Positions 1 through 7,705 of a stretch of DNA of 13,486 nucleotides are shown piece after piece. A program made the position numbers and the translations under genes. The notes under the pieces are model-generated. The model had not been told where the DNA came from, ran no database searches, and saw only the letters and a program-made list of their open reading frames with translations. The DNA is from a virus (taxonomy: Duplodnaviria; Heunggongvirae; Uroviricota; Caudoviricetes): the IMG/VR virus record IMGVR_UViG_2534681899_000005. One strand, 5' to 3'. Position 1 is the stretch's first letter. Each line of letters begins with the position of its first letter.

Positions 1-95
1 TTGGTGTGAACAGTCTTTCATGTTCTTTATGTATCAGTTGTCCTGTGTGGTGATTTGGTGGACTGCCCCAGGGGCCATACTTATGATGCCCGGTC
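1..95. repeat. Left copy of 95-bp terminal direct repeat
   Basis: Bases 1-95 are identical to 13392-13486. Contains CTGTGTGG and the inverted repeat GCCCCAGGGGC. The repeat is truncated by the window edge, so its true length may be larger. Confidence 0.9.
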
Positions 96-343
96 AACAT
101 AAGTGTCGATAAAATCAACGGGTGTTGATCTGCATATTTCCCACACATGAGAGGAAATCAGAGCAAAGAGAGAGGAGAGAGGTTTGCTAGTCAAATTAAA
201 GGATACTCCCACACAAGACAGTCTCATACATCAGATTTGAAGGGTGCTTATCTTTCCCCAGACTTGGCCCTTGACCTGTTGGGATTTCCTACAACCCCTT
301 TCAGTCATACTCAGGCACCACACCCCGGTAAATATTACCGCAC

Positions 344-541
344 TAACCTGTAAAGAATTTTCACACCTGTGTGTTTATACAGTCATACTCTCCTGTTTTG
401 CAGTCATTGCACCCATGATACACAGCCCCTAACCTGTCAAAATATTTTACTACCCCACCAATAATACGGCCCATACCTGTAAAATATTTTTACTACTACC
501 TGTCAAAATCTTTTACTACTACCTGTAAAAATATTTGACAC
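344..541. repeat. Iteron array: five direct 22-24-bp repeats, three contiguous; candidate replication origin
   Basis: Copies at 344-366, 430-453, 474-496, 497-519 and 520-541 share the core ACCTGT[A/C]AAAAT(A/C)TTTTACTAC; AT-rich context. Confidence 0.7.
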
Positions 542-1109
542 TAATAGATAAAGTAATAGACCACACAATAAATCCCCCCTAACCCCCCCAGGGGGAATGG
601 GGAGGGATCAGAGAGTGGGGAAGGTTTTCTAAGGGAAAAGCTTAACCCACAAATGAAAGCCTAAAGAGCATTAGTGACTCTTTAGGCAATCTGTGTGTGG
701 GTCACTCTGTGACTTTAGCTATACAGCTAAACCGACTACATCGGCCTGTGTGTGGGGTGACAATGTATTCCATACATGACACGTCACCCAATTGTGTGTG
801 GTCCGGCGAATGCGTCAGCATGAGGCCCACATGTGGACCGCTGCCGAAAGCTTGCCAGCGCCGGAAGGAGGCAGCAAAGAGTCTCCCGCGCTCATGTGTG
901 GGCGTATACGTAAGATATACATTCATAAATCCAATTCTAGGCACCTAAATGGCCTTCTGGCTGCATTAACCTGTGTGAGTAGTGCAATTGCATTACCTGA
1001 CCTCTAAATCGCGTTAGAATCGATTTTAGAGCGCTTAAGGCAAAAAGTGCCCTCCCTCCCTTGTGGGCTTGCTTGTACCTATAGCACACCTAAATGATAA
1101 TAATTCTCA

Positions 1110-1138
1110 TTGACAATTGGTTGACAATATGATAAGAT
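1110..1138 (+). promoter_or_regulatory. Candidate sigma70 promoter (TTGACA-17-TAAGAT), with a second TTGACAAT copy at 1121
   Basis: -35 TTGACA at 1110-1115 and -10-like TAAGAT at 1133-1138; TTGACAAT is duplicated 11 bp downstream. Confidence 0.3.
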
Positions 1139-1173
1139 TATAAATAGGGGGAGAAACAGATCCGGAGGTCAAT

Positions 1174-1323
1174 GTGGAAATTACTGATGCAATAGCGATC
1201 ATCAACCTGGCTGTACTGTGGTGCGGTGTTGCCTACATAGCCGGAGTAACTGCAATCGACAATCTTGAAGAAAAAATGATAGATAAATACAAAAAGATTG
1301 TTGACAATTTGACGAATGTCTGA
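1174..1323 (+). CDS. Hypothetical small hydrophobic peptide (49 codons, GTG start)
   Basis: GGAGG at 1164-1168 lies 5 nt before GTG 1174. The translation VEITDAIAIINLAVLWCGVAYIAGVTAIDNLEEKMIDKYKKIVDNLTNV has one predicted TM helix and a charged tail. Below the ORF-track size cutoff and overlaps the downstream promoter. Confidence 0.2.
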   Translation: MEITDAIAIINLAVLWCGVAYIAGVTAIDNLEEKMIDKYKKIVDNLTNV

Positions 1324-1329
1324 TAAAAT
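1301..1329 (+). promoter_or_regulatory. Strong sigma70-type promoter for the rightward Rep operon (TTGACA-17-TAAAAT)
   Basis: -35 TTGACA at 1301-1306, 17-bp spacer, -10 TAAAAT at 1324-1329; 125 bp upstream of the first operon ATG; near-identical to the minus-strand promoter at 10859-10887. Confidence 0.55.
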
Positions 1330-1454
1330 ATAAAGCATAGGGTAATTCTCATCATAGTGAATTTCCTTTAGTAGACTGGCGGGGGCTTGTATTAAGTTCC
1401 CGTTTCTTTTTAACCGTATATCGCACAGGCGGTGAGCTGACAGGAGATTGAATC

Positions 1455-1664
1455 ATGGCTAAAACCGGACCGATAAGCCAGCTTGTAAACTGGACTACTG
1501 ACGAAATCGTCGAGAACGTGCTTAAAGGTAACTTTCGAAAAACTTCCGTTTATGCATTTATTCGTAAACACAAAGGAGAATATCCACACATTGAAGCGGC
1601 AATAGAAAAACTTAACTTTATCCGTATTGAGCGTGAGCTGGAAAGATATAAACATCTACTTTGA
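1455..1664 (+). CDS. Small (69 aa) putative DNA-binding regulator
   Basis: ATG preceded by AGGAGA RBS; stop overlaps the TTG at 1661 of the next gene; basic, with an HTH-like segment (TTDEIVENVLKGNFRKTSVYAFIRKH). Family not recognised. Confidence 0.5.
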   Translation: MAKTGPISQLVNWTTDEIVENVLKGNFRKTSVYAFIRKHKGEYPHIEAAIEKLNFIRIERELERYKHLL

Positions 1665-1684
1665 TAAATAATTGTGAGGGAATT

Positions 1685-2590
1685 ATGGCAAACAATAAAC
1701 TGGGGGCACATTTCACCCCAATTTTTAAACGTTTCATCAAGTATAATTTTGAAAATCCAATTGCAAAAACTACAACAGGCAAAGAGAGATTTAATTTAAA
1801 TGCGACGGAATTGATAATTTACGGGGAAATGGTTGGCTTTCATTTAAACGGCAACGAAATATTCATCTCGGAGCAGACCTTAGCAGATGATTGGGATTTT
1901 TCAAGACCAACGATTATTAAAGCTATTAAATCTCTAGTAAATGCTGGGATTATTTCTAAAGATAACCGGAAAGGCAAATCTAACATTTACAAACTGTTAA
2001 TTACACCTGAGCAGTTTGATAAAATGTGCGATGAGCAGGGTATTAAAACCTTAGACAGTGTGGGAGACAGCAAAGAGGCACCTGCTACACAGGCCCAAGA
2101 TAATCAACAGGAAGCCCCAAAAAAAGCCGCACAGCAAGCTAAAAAGGCTAAAGTAGTGCAATTGCCTACCCAAGACACTAAAGCGCCTCAAATTAACGCT
2201 GTTAGTGACAAGCCACGCCGGGGCCGTCCTGTGAAAGATGCAACAGATGGAGGCTGGATCGCCCTGGGTGAGAGTGAGGCTAAAGGCATAATGCGATCAC
2301 TGTGGGAAAGCAAATACAAAGATTTAAACAAACGTCGCCCGATCCTTTTGTCAAAGATTCAGGAGGATTTTTACACCGCAGAAGAGGTAAGCCAACATAA
2401 AGGGAAAAGAGAGGGTGAAATCTGGAAACCGGAAGAATACTGGCATTTAACCAGACCTGTGTTTATTTTTGCAAATAAGCTTATTGGGATGGGATTTGAA
2501 ATATTGTTAGATAAAACCTGCGGAGATTATCCCGAAATATTGTGGAGAAATGTTAGAAAAAATAAAAAAGGCATTTTAGAGTTTAAATAA
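1685..2590 (+). CDS. Putative replication initiator / replisome-organiser-like protein (winged helix plus AT-hook)
   Basis: ATG 1685 with GAGGGA RBS (the track uses in-frame TTG 1661). N-terminal winged-helix-like region (..FISEQTLADDWDFSRPTIIKAIKSLVNAGIISKD..), P/Q/A/K-rich linker with AT-hook KPRRGRPVK, C-terminal domain. Iteron array lies about 1.1 kb upstream. Confidence 0.45.
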   Translation: MANNKLGAHFTPIFKRFIKYNFENPIAKTTTGKERFNLNATELIIYGEMVGFHLNGNEIFISEQTLADDWDFSRPTIIKAIKSLVNAGIISKDNRKGKSNIYKLLITPEQFDKMCDEQGIKTLDSVGDSKEAPATQAQDNQQEAPKKAAQQAKKAKVVQLPTQDTKAPQINAVSDKPRRGRPVKDATDGGWIALGESEAKGIMRSLWESKYKDLNKRRPILLSKIQEDFYTAEEVSQHKGKREGEIWKPEEYWHLTRPVFIFANKLIGMGFEILLDKTCGDYPEILWRNVRKNKKGILEFK

Positions 2591-2638
2591 AAACACTGAT
2601 AATCTTATTTTTTTACAGTATTCTAAAGGAAATTTAAA

Positions 2639-2785
2639 ATGTATGGCGATTTTGATTATTACCTGGAAAAGGAAAAATATTTTGAAGATGAACTATCACA
2701 ACATTTTTCATATTGGGAAGAATATTGTGGTTGGTTAGCTGAAGATCCAGCAGATGAAGAAAACGATTCTGACATCCCTTATTAA
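2639..2785 (+). CDS. Hypothetical small acidic protein (48 aa)
   Basis: ATG 2639 with AAAGGA RBS 8 nt upstream; translation MYGDFDYYLEKEKYFEDELSQHFSYWEEYCGWLAEDPADEENDSDIPY; below the track cutoff, found by hand. Confidence 0.3.
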   Translation: MYGDFDYYLEKEKYFEDELSQHFSYWEEYCGWLAEDPADEENDSDIPY

Positions 2786-2889
2786 TTAATATCCCCTGTT
2801 ATCCCCAAATAAACTAAATAAACTAATTACATATAGAACTAGAACTAGATTGATTTCTCTTTAATGTTAAATTGACTGGAGAATTAATC

Positions 2890-3375
2890 ATGTTCAAATC
2901 TGATCTTTCTGATTCCCAATTTGAAAAACTGGTAGCACTGCAGAAATATCTTCCCAGTGATGATCAACCAACACGACAGGCCAAACACTTATTAGTCGAG
3001 GGCTTTACCCCTGAATTCGTGGCGGAATATACAGGCGTTAAACTTGAGAAAGTCCAAAAACTATATAATGAATCCTGGAATCCACGGTGTCGAGTTCCCC
3101 TCAGTGTCTATAACGACACAGACAGAGATAGAAATGTCTTCGAAGATCGCCGCCGCAAATCTCTTTTAATGTGGAATTGCGGGATGAATATTGAAGAGAT
3201 AGCAAAAGAATTAAAAGTAACCTGCTTTCATATCTGGGGTTTGTTGAGTGAAATCCTGCCACGTAAGGAGCTTAATCAACGTTTGCCTAAGCCCGGTAGT
3301 CGTGCTTATCGCGAATTTATATTCATCTACCGCCGCCATAGCAATAAAGTCCGGAAAGCAATGCAGCGCAAATAG
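2890..3375 (+). CDS. Hypothetical DNA-binding protein with two HTH-like segments (161 aa)
   Basis: ATG 2890 with TGGAGA RBS (the track ORF starts at TTG 2872). Segments GFTPEFVAEYTGVKLEKVQKLY and GMNIEEIAKELKVTCFHIWGLL resemble resolvase or sigma-region-4 type HTH; basic C-terminus. Confidence 0.5.
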   Translation: MFKSDLSDSQFEKLVALQKYLPSDDQPTRQAKHLLVEGFTPEFVAEYTGVKLEKVQKLYNESWNPRCRVPLSVYNDTDRDRNVFEDRRRKSLLMWNCGMNIEEIAKELKVTCFHIWGLLSEILPRKELNQRLPKPGSRAYREFIFIYRRHSNKVRKAMQRK

Positions 3376-3433
3376 CTTATAGCCTTCACATATGCCGCAA
3401 GTTATTGATTCTGCCGTCCGGTAAATATGCCGG

Positions 3434-3907
3434 ATGGCTCATATAAATTTTAAGGAATTCCAAATGTCTCAAATCGCTAAATTATTATCCCAGGTTATCA
3501 AAGCTATCGACGCTGAAGATTCAAAAGTTCGCCAGGATCTTTTAGATGGCAAGTTTACCAACACCCTGGCATTTACCCGTGACAAAGAGCACTTCTTAAA
3601 GCACAGACATCACGCTTTCGCTGAATGCAAGTCCGCTAATGGTGATGTTTTCTATGTCGATTTGGTGGTTATGGCATGCCGGTTGTGGATGATTCAGGAC
3701 CTTATGCGCCAACACGGTGATGATCCTCTTATCAGCATGTGGAACAGCGCCCAGGATGGCTTTGTGATTGCTGCCTTATCTAAATCCATGATTGAGGCAG
3801 AAGGCGCAAGCCTTCAGAACATGGCAGATCTCTTTGAAATAAGCGTAGGAATGATGCAGACCATGCTGCAGGCGGTGAAGCCTCTCAAACTGGTTAATCT
3901 TGATTAA
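3434..3907 (+). CDS. Hypothetical protein (157 aa; alternative start ATG 3464)
   Basis: Long ORF co-directional with neighbours; ATG 3464 has a TAAGGAA RBS; no recognisable motifs. Confidence 0.5.
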   Translation: MAHINFKEFQMSQIAKLLSQVIKAIDAEDSKVRQDLLDGKFTNTLAFTRDKEHFLKHRHHAFAECKSANGDVFYVDLVVMACRLWMIQDLMRQHGDDPLISMWNSAQDGFVIAALSKSMIEAEGASLQNMADLFEISVGMMQTMLQAVKPLKLVNLD

Positions 3908-3922
3908 ACTATTGATAAATAA

Positions 3923-3947
3923 GCACTCCCCATTTTTTGGGGGGTGC
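3923..3947. other. Intergenic GC hairpin (GCACTCCCC-ATTTTTT-GGGGGGTGC)
   Basis: 9-bp stem with one G.T pair and a T-rich loop, between the 157-aa and 129-aa genes; no downstream U-tract on the plus strand. Confidence 0.4.
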
Positions 3948-3961
3948 ATCAATGAGAGGAT

Positions 3962-4351
3962 ATGCCTATGAATATTGAAGAAATGATAGTTGAATTCGAA
4001 GAGGGTGATTTCCTGGAGGATGGGGAGTTTAGTTACTCCCGTTTTAAACAGGCGTTATTTAGCAGCGAGGATAAACCACACGTTAGTGATCTTAACGACG
4101 ATGATTTATGTCGCTGGGTATGCACCCGCTTATATGAGGATGGAAAATATACAGGCCAAAACTTTCCAAATCTCTATTTCAAAGCACAAACATTTGAGGA
4201 AGGGCAAAGAGTGAAAAACCTGGTCGATAAAATGCTTTCAGCCGGATATTTGCATAAAGAATTATTAAATCCTAAAGCTGAAAGCAAGCGCCATTATATT
4301 TTTGTGTGGACTATTGGCGATAAGTGTCCACTAAGACGCAAAGGAAAATGA
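3962..4351 (+). CDS. Hypothetical acidic protein (129 aa; probable start ATG 3968)
   Basis: GAGAGGA RBS upstream; sits two genes before the tape-measure-like gene, so a tail-assembly-chaperone-like role is possible but unproven. Confidence 0.5.
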   Translation: MPMNIEEMIVEFEEGDFLEDGEFSYSRFKQALFSSEDKPHVSDLNDDDLCRWVCTRLYEDGKYTGQNFPNLYFKAQTFEEGQRVKNLVDKMLSAGYLHKELLNPKAESKRHYIFVWTIGDKCPLRRKGK

Positions 4352-4352
4352 T

Positions 4353-4589
4353 ATGAATACCTACGAAAAGATTTATCAAAAACTGGTTAAGGACTCCGAA
4401 GAGACGCACGAAGGGGTGACAGTAGGTCACCTGCCAGAGGCAGCGAAAGAGGGGGCCACCATTATTAAAAGTTGCTCCCACACAGAAGGCCTCTCAATCG
4501 AAGAGCTTGCGGAGAAATATAATATTGATAAAGAGGCCCTGAAAAGGGCTATTTCATTATCAAAATCTTTAAGACAGGGCGAGGTGTAA
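4353..4589 (+). CDS. Hypothetical protein (78 aa)
   Basis: ATG 1 nt after the preceding stop, AAGGA RBS; stop 3 nt before the tape-measure-like ATG, so tightly coupled. Confidence 0.5.
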   Translation: MNTYEKIYQKLVKDSEETHEGVTVGHLPEAAKEGATIIKSCSHTEGLSIEELAEKYNIDKEALKRAISLSKSLRQGEV

Positions 4590-4592
4590 GAG

Positions 4593-6719
4593 ATGGCAAT
4601 GAAGGAAGTCGCCAGACTAACAAACGTTATTTACTGGGATTCTGATAAATCCAGCTGGCGAAAAGAAGTTAAACGGCTTGAGGATTATAAAAAATCCTGG
4701 AAGAAAGCCACCGACGATATAGCTAAAGCGGATTTTAAATCGAATCAGGCTGTGCTCAGAACACAAAGAACACGCGCTAAGGTGGAAGAGCAGATTGCCA
4801 GAGCACAGAAGAAACAACGTGCTCAGGCTGTCAGCCGTCTGACCGGGGGCAATAATCCGGAGCTCTCCTCTATGCGCAAGTTCTACCAACAACAAGCCAG
4901 AGAAGCCGCCAGACAACAAAAACTGTTAGATCGTAGTGTTGGAGATGTTCAGCACAGAAAAGCACGTGTAGGGGCCAACAGTGCACGAATCAGCAGCATG
5001 TTTGATGGCTCCCTGGTTGCTCAGTTCCAATCCAGAATTCAGAGAGTTAATGCTGATTATGCTAAAGGGGCTATTAACCTGCAGACCTATAATCAGAAAA
5101 TGGCCCGACTCAGAGCTGAAATGAAGATGGCAACAGCAGAGGCCGGAAAATTTCAGAGCAGACTAGACAAAGCTGCGGTAGCAGGATCTAAGCTGCATGA
5201 CAACCTGGGGAAACTCAACTCCACACTTGGCAAGATAGCTATTGGCCTTACTGCCGCTGGCTGGGGTGTTCAGCGTGCTGTTAGTGGTGCTATGGGTAGC
5301 CTTGCAGATCGCAACAGTGCCTACTTCGGTTTGATGGCACAGAACAAGGATGATAAAGCCAAGACTGATCAGCAGATGGCTTTTATCAAGAACACAGCCT
5401 ACACCTACGGGATGGATGAGCGGGAGATGCAAGGTGGCTACATGCGCTTTGCTGCAGCTACCCCCACCATGAAGGAATCTGATAAGCAGGCTCTTTTTGA
5501 GGCTATGGCTATTAAAGGTCGCTCAGTGGGTGCTACTGGCGAGCAACAGAACAGGGCGCTTGTTGCGGTCCAACAAATGGCTTCAAAGGGAAAAGTTATG
5601 GCAGAAGAGCTGCGGGGCCAACTGTCAGAAGCCTTTGCAGGCTCACAACAGGATTTTCAACAGGCCGCTATTGATGCCGGAATCATCAAGAATGCCCAGG
5701 AATTCGATAAAGCCCTTAAAGATGGCAAAATCACCCTGGATAAGCTTCTCCCTTCTTTGGTGAAAATCTGGGGTGCTGCAAAAGAAACTAAAGCTTTTGC
5801 TGAATCCATGAAACAGCCAGAAGTAGCAATGCAGCGCATGAAAAACAGCTTTAACGAGCTGGCGATCCAGTTTATGGGTGTTGTAGATCCTGCAGATGGC
5901 GTTATTAGCTTATCTGAATCTCTGATCTCCATCTTCGAAGACCTCACTACTGATATGGACGGCAGCGGGAGCGCGGCAAAACAGTTTGGTGAGGCAGTCG
6001 GTGCTGCCATGCGGGAGATCATGTATTGGGTAGGCTTCGCTAAGGGATATATTGAGGTCAAGGCTAAAGAGTTCGGCATGACCGGATCAGAGGTTGGCGA
6101 GCTTATCGGGAAACTGGTAGTCGGCTTAGCTGGTCTGAAAGTTATTACCACACTGCTTTCCCCTCTAACCGGATTTGTTTCACTTGTCACCCAACTGATT
6201 TCTCTGATAGGCAAGATTCCAGGTCTGGGCAATCTCGTTAAGGGTGCAGGTGGTGCAGTCGCTGGAAGCCCAACAACAGCATTAGCCGCTGGCAGTGCCG
6301 CAGGTGTGGGTGTTGGTGTCGCTGGCGCACTGGGCGCTAAGACGGTAGGTGAGAAGTTCAGAGGATGGATGCAAAGCAAGGCTGATCAGTTCGGGGAGTG
6401 GGCTAAATCTAAAGGCCTGCTTAGCGATGAACAGGACGCTATGACCAAACCGGGGGCCTATAACCATAGCTACATCAACAAGGGAGCTTCTTTTAATCCA
6501 TATCCAACCATTAGCCCATCACGTCCTACTCCTAGCACTGGTACGGCTATTCAGAATGGTGGCTATCAACCTGCTCAGGTTAATGTGGTGCCTCAAGGTG
6601 AGATTTCCGGCAAATGGGAGATAACCATCGATGAGGGGGGAATTGCCAGGGTGATTCAGAAGGAAGTCAGCGATCAGTTGGATTGGAAAGCCACACAGGA
6701 ATCTAATCAGCTTTTCTAA
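4593..6719 (+). CDS. Phage tail tape-measure-like protein (708 aa)
   Basis: GAGGTG RBS then ATG 4593. N-terminal about 200 aa is Q/R/A/K-rich and coiled-coil-like; central ..GATGEQQNRALVAVQQMASKGKVMAEELRGQLSEAFAG.. resembles the conserved tape-measure core; C-terminal Gly/Ala-rich hydrophobic segments; no Walker A or catalytic motif seen. Confidence 0.6.
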   Translation: MAMKEVARLTNVIYWDSDKSSWRKEVKRLEDYKKSWKKATDDIAKADFKSNQAVLRTQRTRAKVEEQIARAQKKQRAQAVSRLTGGNNPELSSMRKFYQQQAREAARQQKLLDRSVGDVQHRKARVGANSARISSMFDGSLVAQFQSRIQRVNADYAKGAINLQTYNQKMARLRAEMKMATAEAGKFQSRLDKAAVAGSKLHDNLGKLNSTLGKIAIGLTAAGWGVQRAVSGAMGSLADRNSAYFGLMAQNKDDKAKTDQQMAFIKNTAYTYGMDEREMQGGYMRFAAATPTMKESDKQALFEAMAIKGRSVGATGEQQNRALVAVQQMASKGKVMAEELRGQLSEAFAGSQQDFQQAAIDAGIIKNAQEFDKALKDGKITLDKLLPSLVKIWGAAKETKAFAESMKQPEVAMQRMKNSFNELAIQFMGVVDPADGVISLSESLISIFEDLTTDMDGSGSAAKQFGEAVGAAMREIMYWVGFAKGYIEVKAKEFGMTGSEVGELIGKLVVGLAGLKVITTLLSPLTGFVSLVTQLISLIGKIPGLGNLVKGAGGAVAGSPTTALAAGSAAGVGVGVAGALGAKTVGEKFRGWMQSKADQFGEWAKSKGLLSDEQDAMTKPGAYNHSYINKGASFNPYPTISPSRPTPSTGTAIQNGGYQPAQVNVVPQGEISGKWEITIDEGGIARVIQKEVSDQLDWKATQESNQLF

Positions 6720-6792
6720 TGCTGGAAGATAGCGCAGCTTTACTGATATTGTGATCAAAATCAATAAGTTAGCCCGACCGGATAAACTCCAG

Positions 6793-6828
6793 GCAAGAAA
6801 AAAGCCCCTAAGTGTTAACAAAGGGGCT
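6793..6828 (-). terminator. Intrinsic terminator, clearest on the minus strand (possibly bidirectional)
   Basis: Stem AGCCCCT (6803-6809) / AGGGGCT (6822-6828) with a 12-nt loop. On the minus strand it is followed by TTTTTTCTT (complement of 6793-6802); on the plus strand only by CTCTTCTCC. Confidence 0.5.
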
Positions 6829-6849
6829 CTTCTCCGGTATCCTTTTGAT

Positions 6850-6964
6850 GCGGGGCGAACCTGCTAACAAAAATCAACCTCTCGCGAGACTAATGTTAGC
6901 AGGTTGCCGGAAGGTAAGTCAACTCCGGCCTATAAACCTTAAAGCGACTATAAAATCGCCCCGC
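6850..6964. other. Highly structured element with nested perfect inverted repeats (candidate structured RNA or protein-binding site)
   Basis: 9-bp outer stem GCGGGGCGA (6850-6858) / TCGCCCCGC (6956-6964) encloses a 10-bp stem CCTGCTAACA (6860-6869) / TGTTAGCAGG (6895-6904), whose loop holds the palindrome TCTCGCGAGA, plus hairpin GCCGGA / TCCGGC (6906-6929). Confidence 0.4.
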
Positions 6965-7246
6965 CAATTGTGATGATCCGACCTTTGAGGCGGGTCCGGT
7001 GCCCAGGGGGTGCAGTGATGCACAAACCAGGCAACGATAAACAGGCTAACAGTGATAGCGGCGCTCAATCAGCGCACTAAATCCTAACCAGTCCGGGAAA
7101 GAGGCTGGCTCTATCGACCGCTCATGCACGGGACAATGCATACCTGATAAAGGATTCTCACAAGGGACCAATCGCGAGAAAAGAAGTGGAAAGGGGCTGA
7201 TTTGTGGTGTATCACTACGGCCTCAAAAGAACACTATTGTCTTTTT

Positions 7247-7705
7247 TCAGCCTCTCCCCACATTTGACCAGTATTTGATTGCACCGATCAAATCATCATA
7301 GTGGCGCATTGCATCATTGAAGCCTTTATAGCTTGCCCATTGTGGGGAAACCTTGTTATTGCTGAATTGCCCACTAATCAGGATAGTCTCCAAAATGTCG
7401 GCGTATCGCTTGCCAATTCGCTTTCTGACGGCCTCAGAGCTCCCACCCTTTACGATTGCATTAATCAGGGCTTTTGTGTGTCTCAGGCTCTCATAGAGCA
7501 TTGCAGCGTGGGCAGATTCCATAAAGGAGCGCTTAGGCAGATCACCCCACCCCTCAGAATGAATTGCTGCCAGTGTGGCGTAATTCAGGCCGCTATAGTG
7601 TTTCCCGTCATCCCAGCCAACCGCTACACCTTCCATCTGTGAGAGCTCTTTATGCAGCTTATCCATCATGCGCTTGTCTATGGTGCAACGGACTTTCGGA
7701 CTCAT
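7247..7705 (-). CDS. Phage virion morphogenesis / head-tail joining protein (HK97 gp10 / Mu G-like), 152 aa
   Basis: Start overlaps the upstream stop by ATGA (7702-7705); motif ..NYATLAAIHSEGWGDLPKRSFMES.. resembles the Y-A-x-H-x-x-G...P-x-R-x-F signature of this family, recalled from memory. Confidence 0.4.
   Translation of the reverse strand: MSPKVRCTIDKRMMDKLHKELSQMEGVAVGWDDGKHYSGLNYATLAAIHSEGWGDLPKRSFMESAHAAMLYESLRHTKALINAIVKGGSSEAVRKRIGKRYADILETILISGQFSNNKVSPQWASYKGFNDAMRHYDDLIGAIKYWSNVGRG

Noticed and set aside
344-541. CRISPR array
   Set aside because: The repeats are AT-rich, imperfect, only five in number, have no uniform spacers, and no cas genes are present; iterons are the better reading.
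147-1007. Left-arm ORFs 147-353, 244-432, 697-948 (+), 702-944 (-) and 792-1007
   Set aside because: They fall in a repeat-dense regulatory arm, lack ribosome-binding sites, and have atypical His/Cys/Thr-rich composition.
1138-1655. Minus-strand ORFs 1138-1338 and 1410-1655
   Set aside because: Antisense to the promoter region and the 69-aa regulator gene; Phe/Ile/Tyr-rich translations typical of AT-rich antisense frames.
6300-6360. Walker A-like GALGAKT in the 708-aa protein
   Set aside because: The spacing is G-x-x-G-x-K-T, not GxxxxGK[ST], and it lies in a Gly/Ala-rich hydrophobic segment.
5657-6379. 240-aa minus-strand ORF (also 4617-4919, 5163-5432, 6282-6467 and 6519-6821 on the minus strand, and 5497-5763 on the plus strand)
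   Set aside because: They lie antisense or out of frame inside the 708-aa tape-measure-like gene; the Ala/Pro/Thr-rich translation is the mirror of its Gly/Ala-rich region; no ribosome-binding site.
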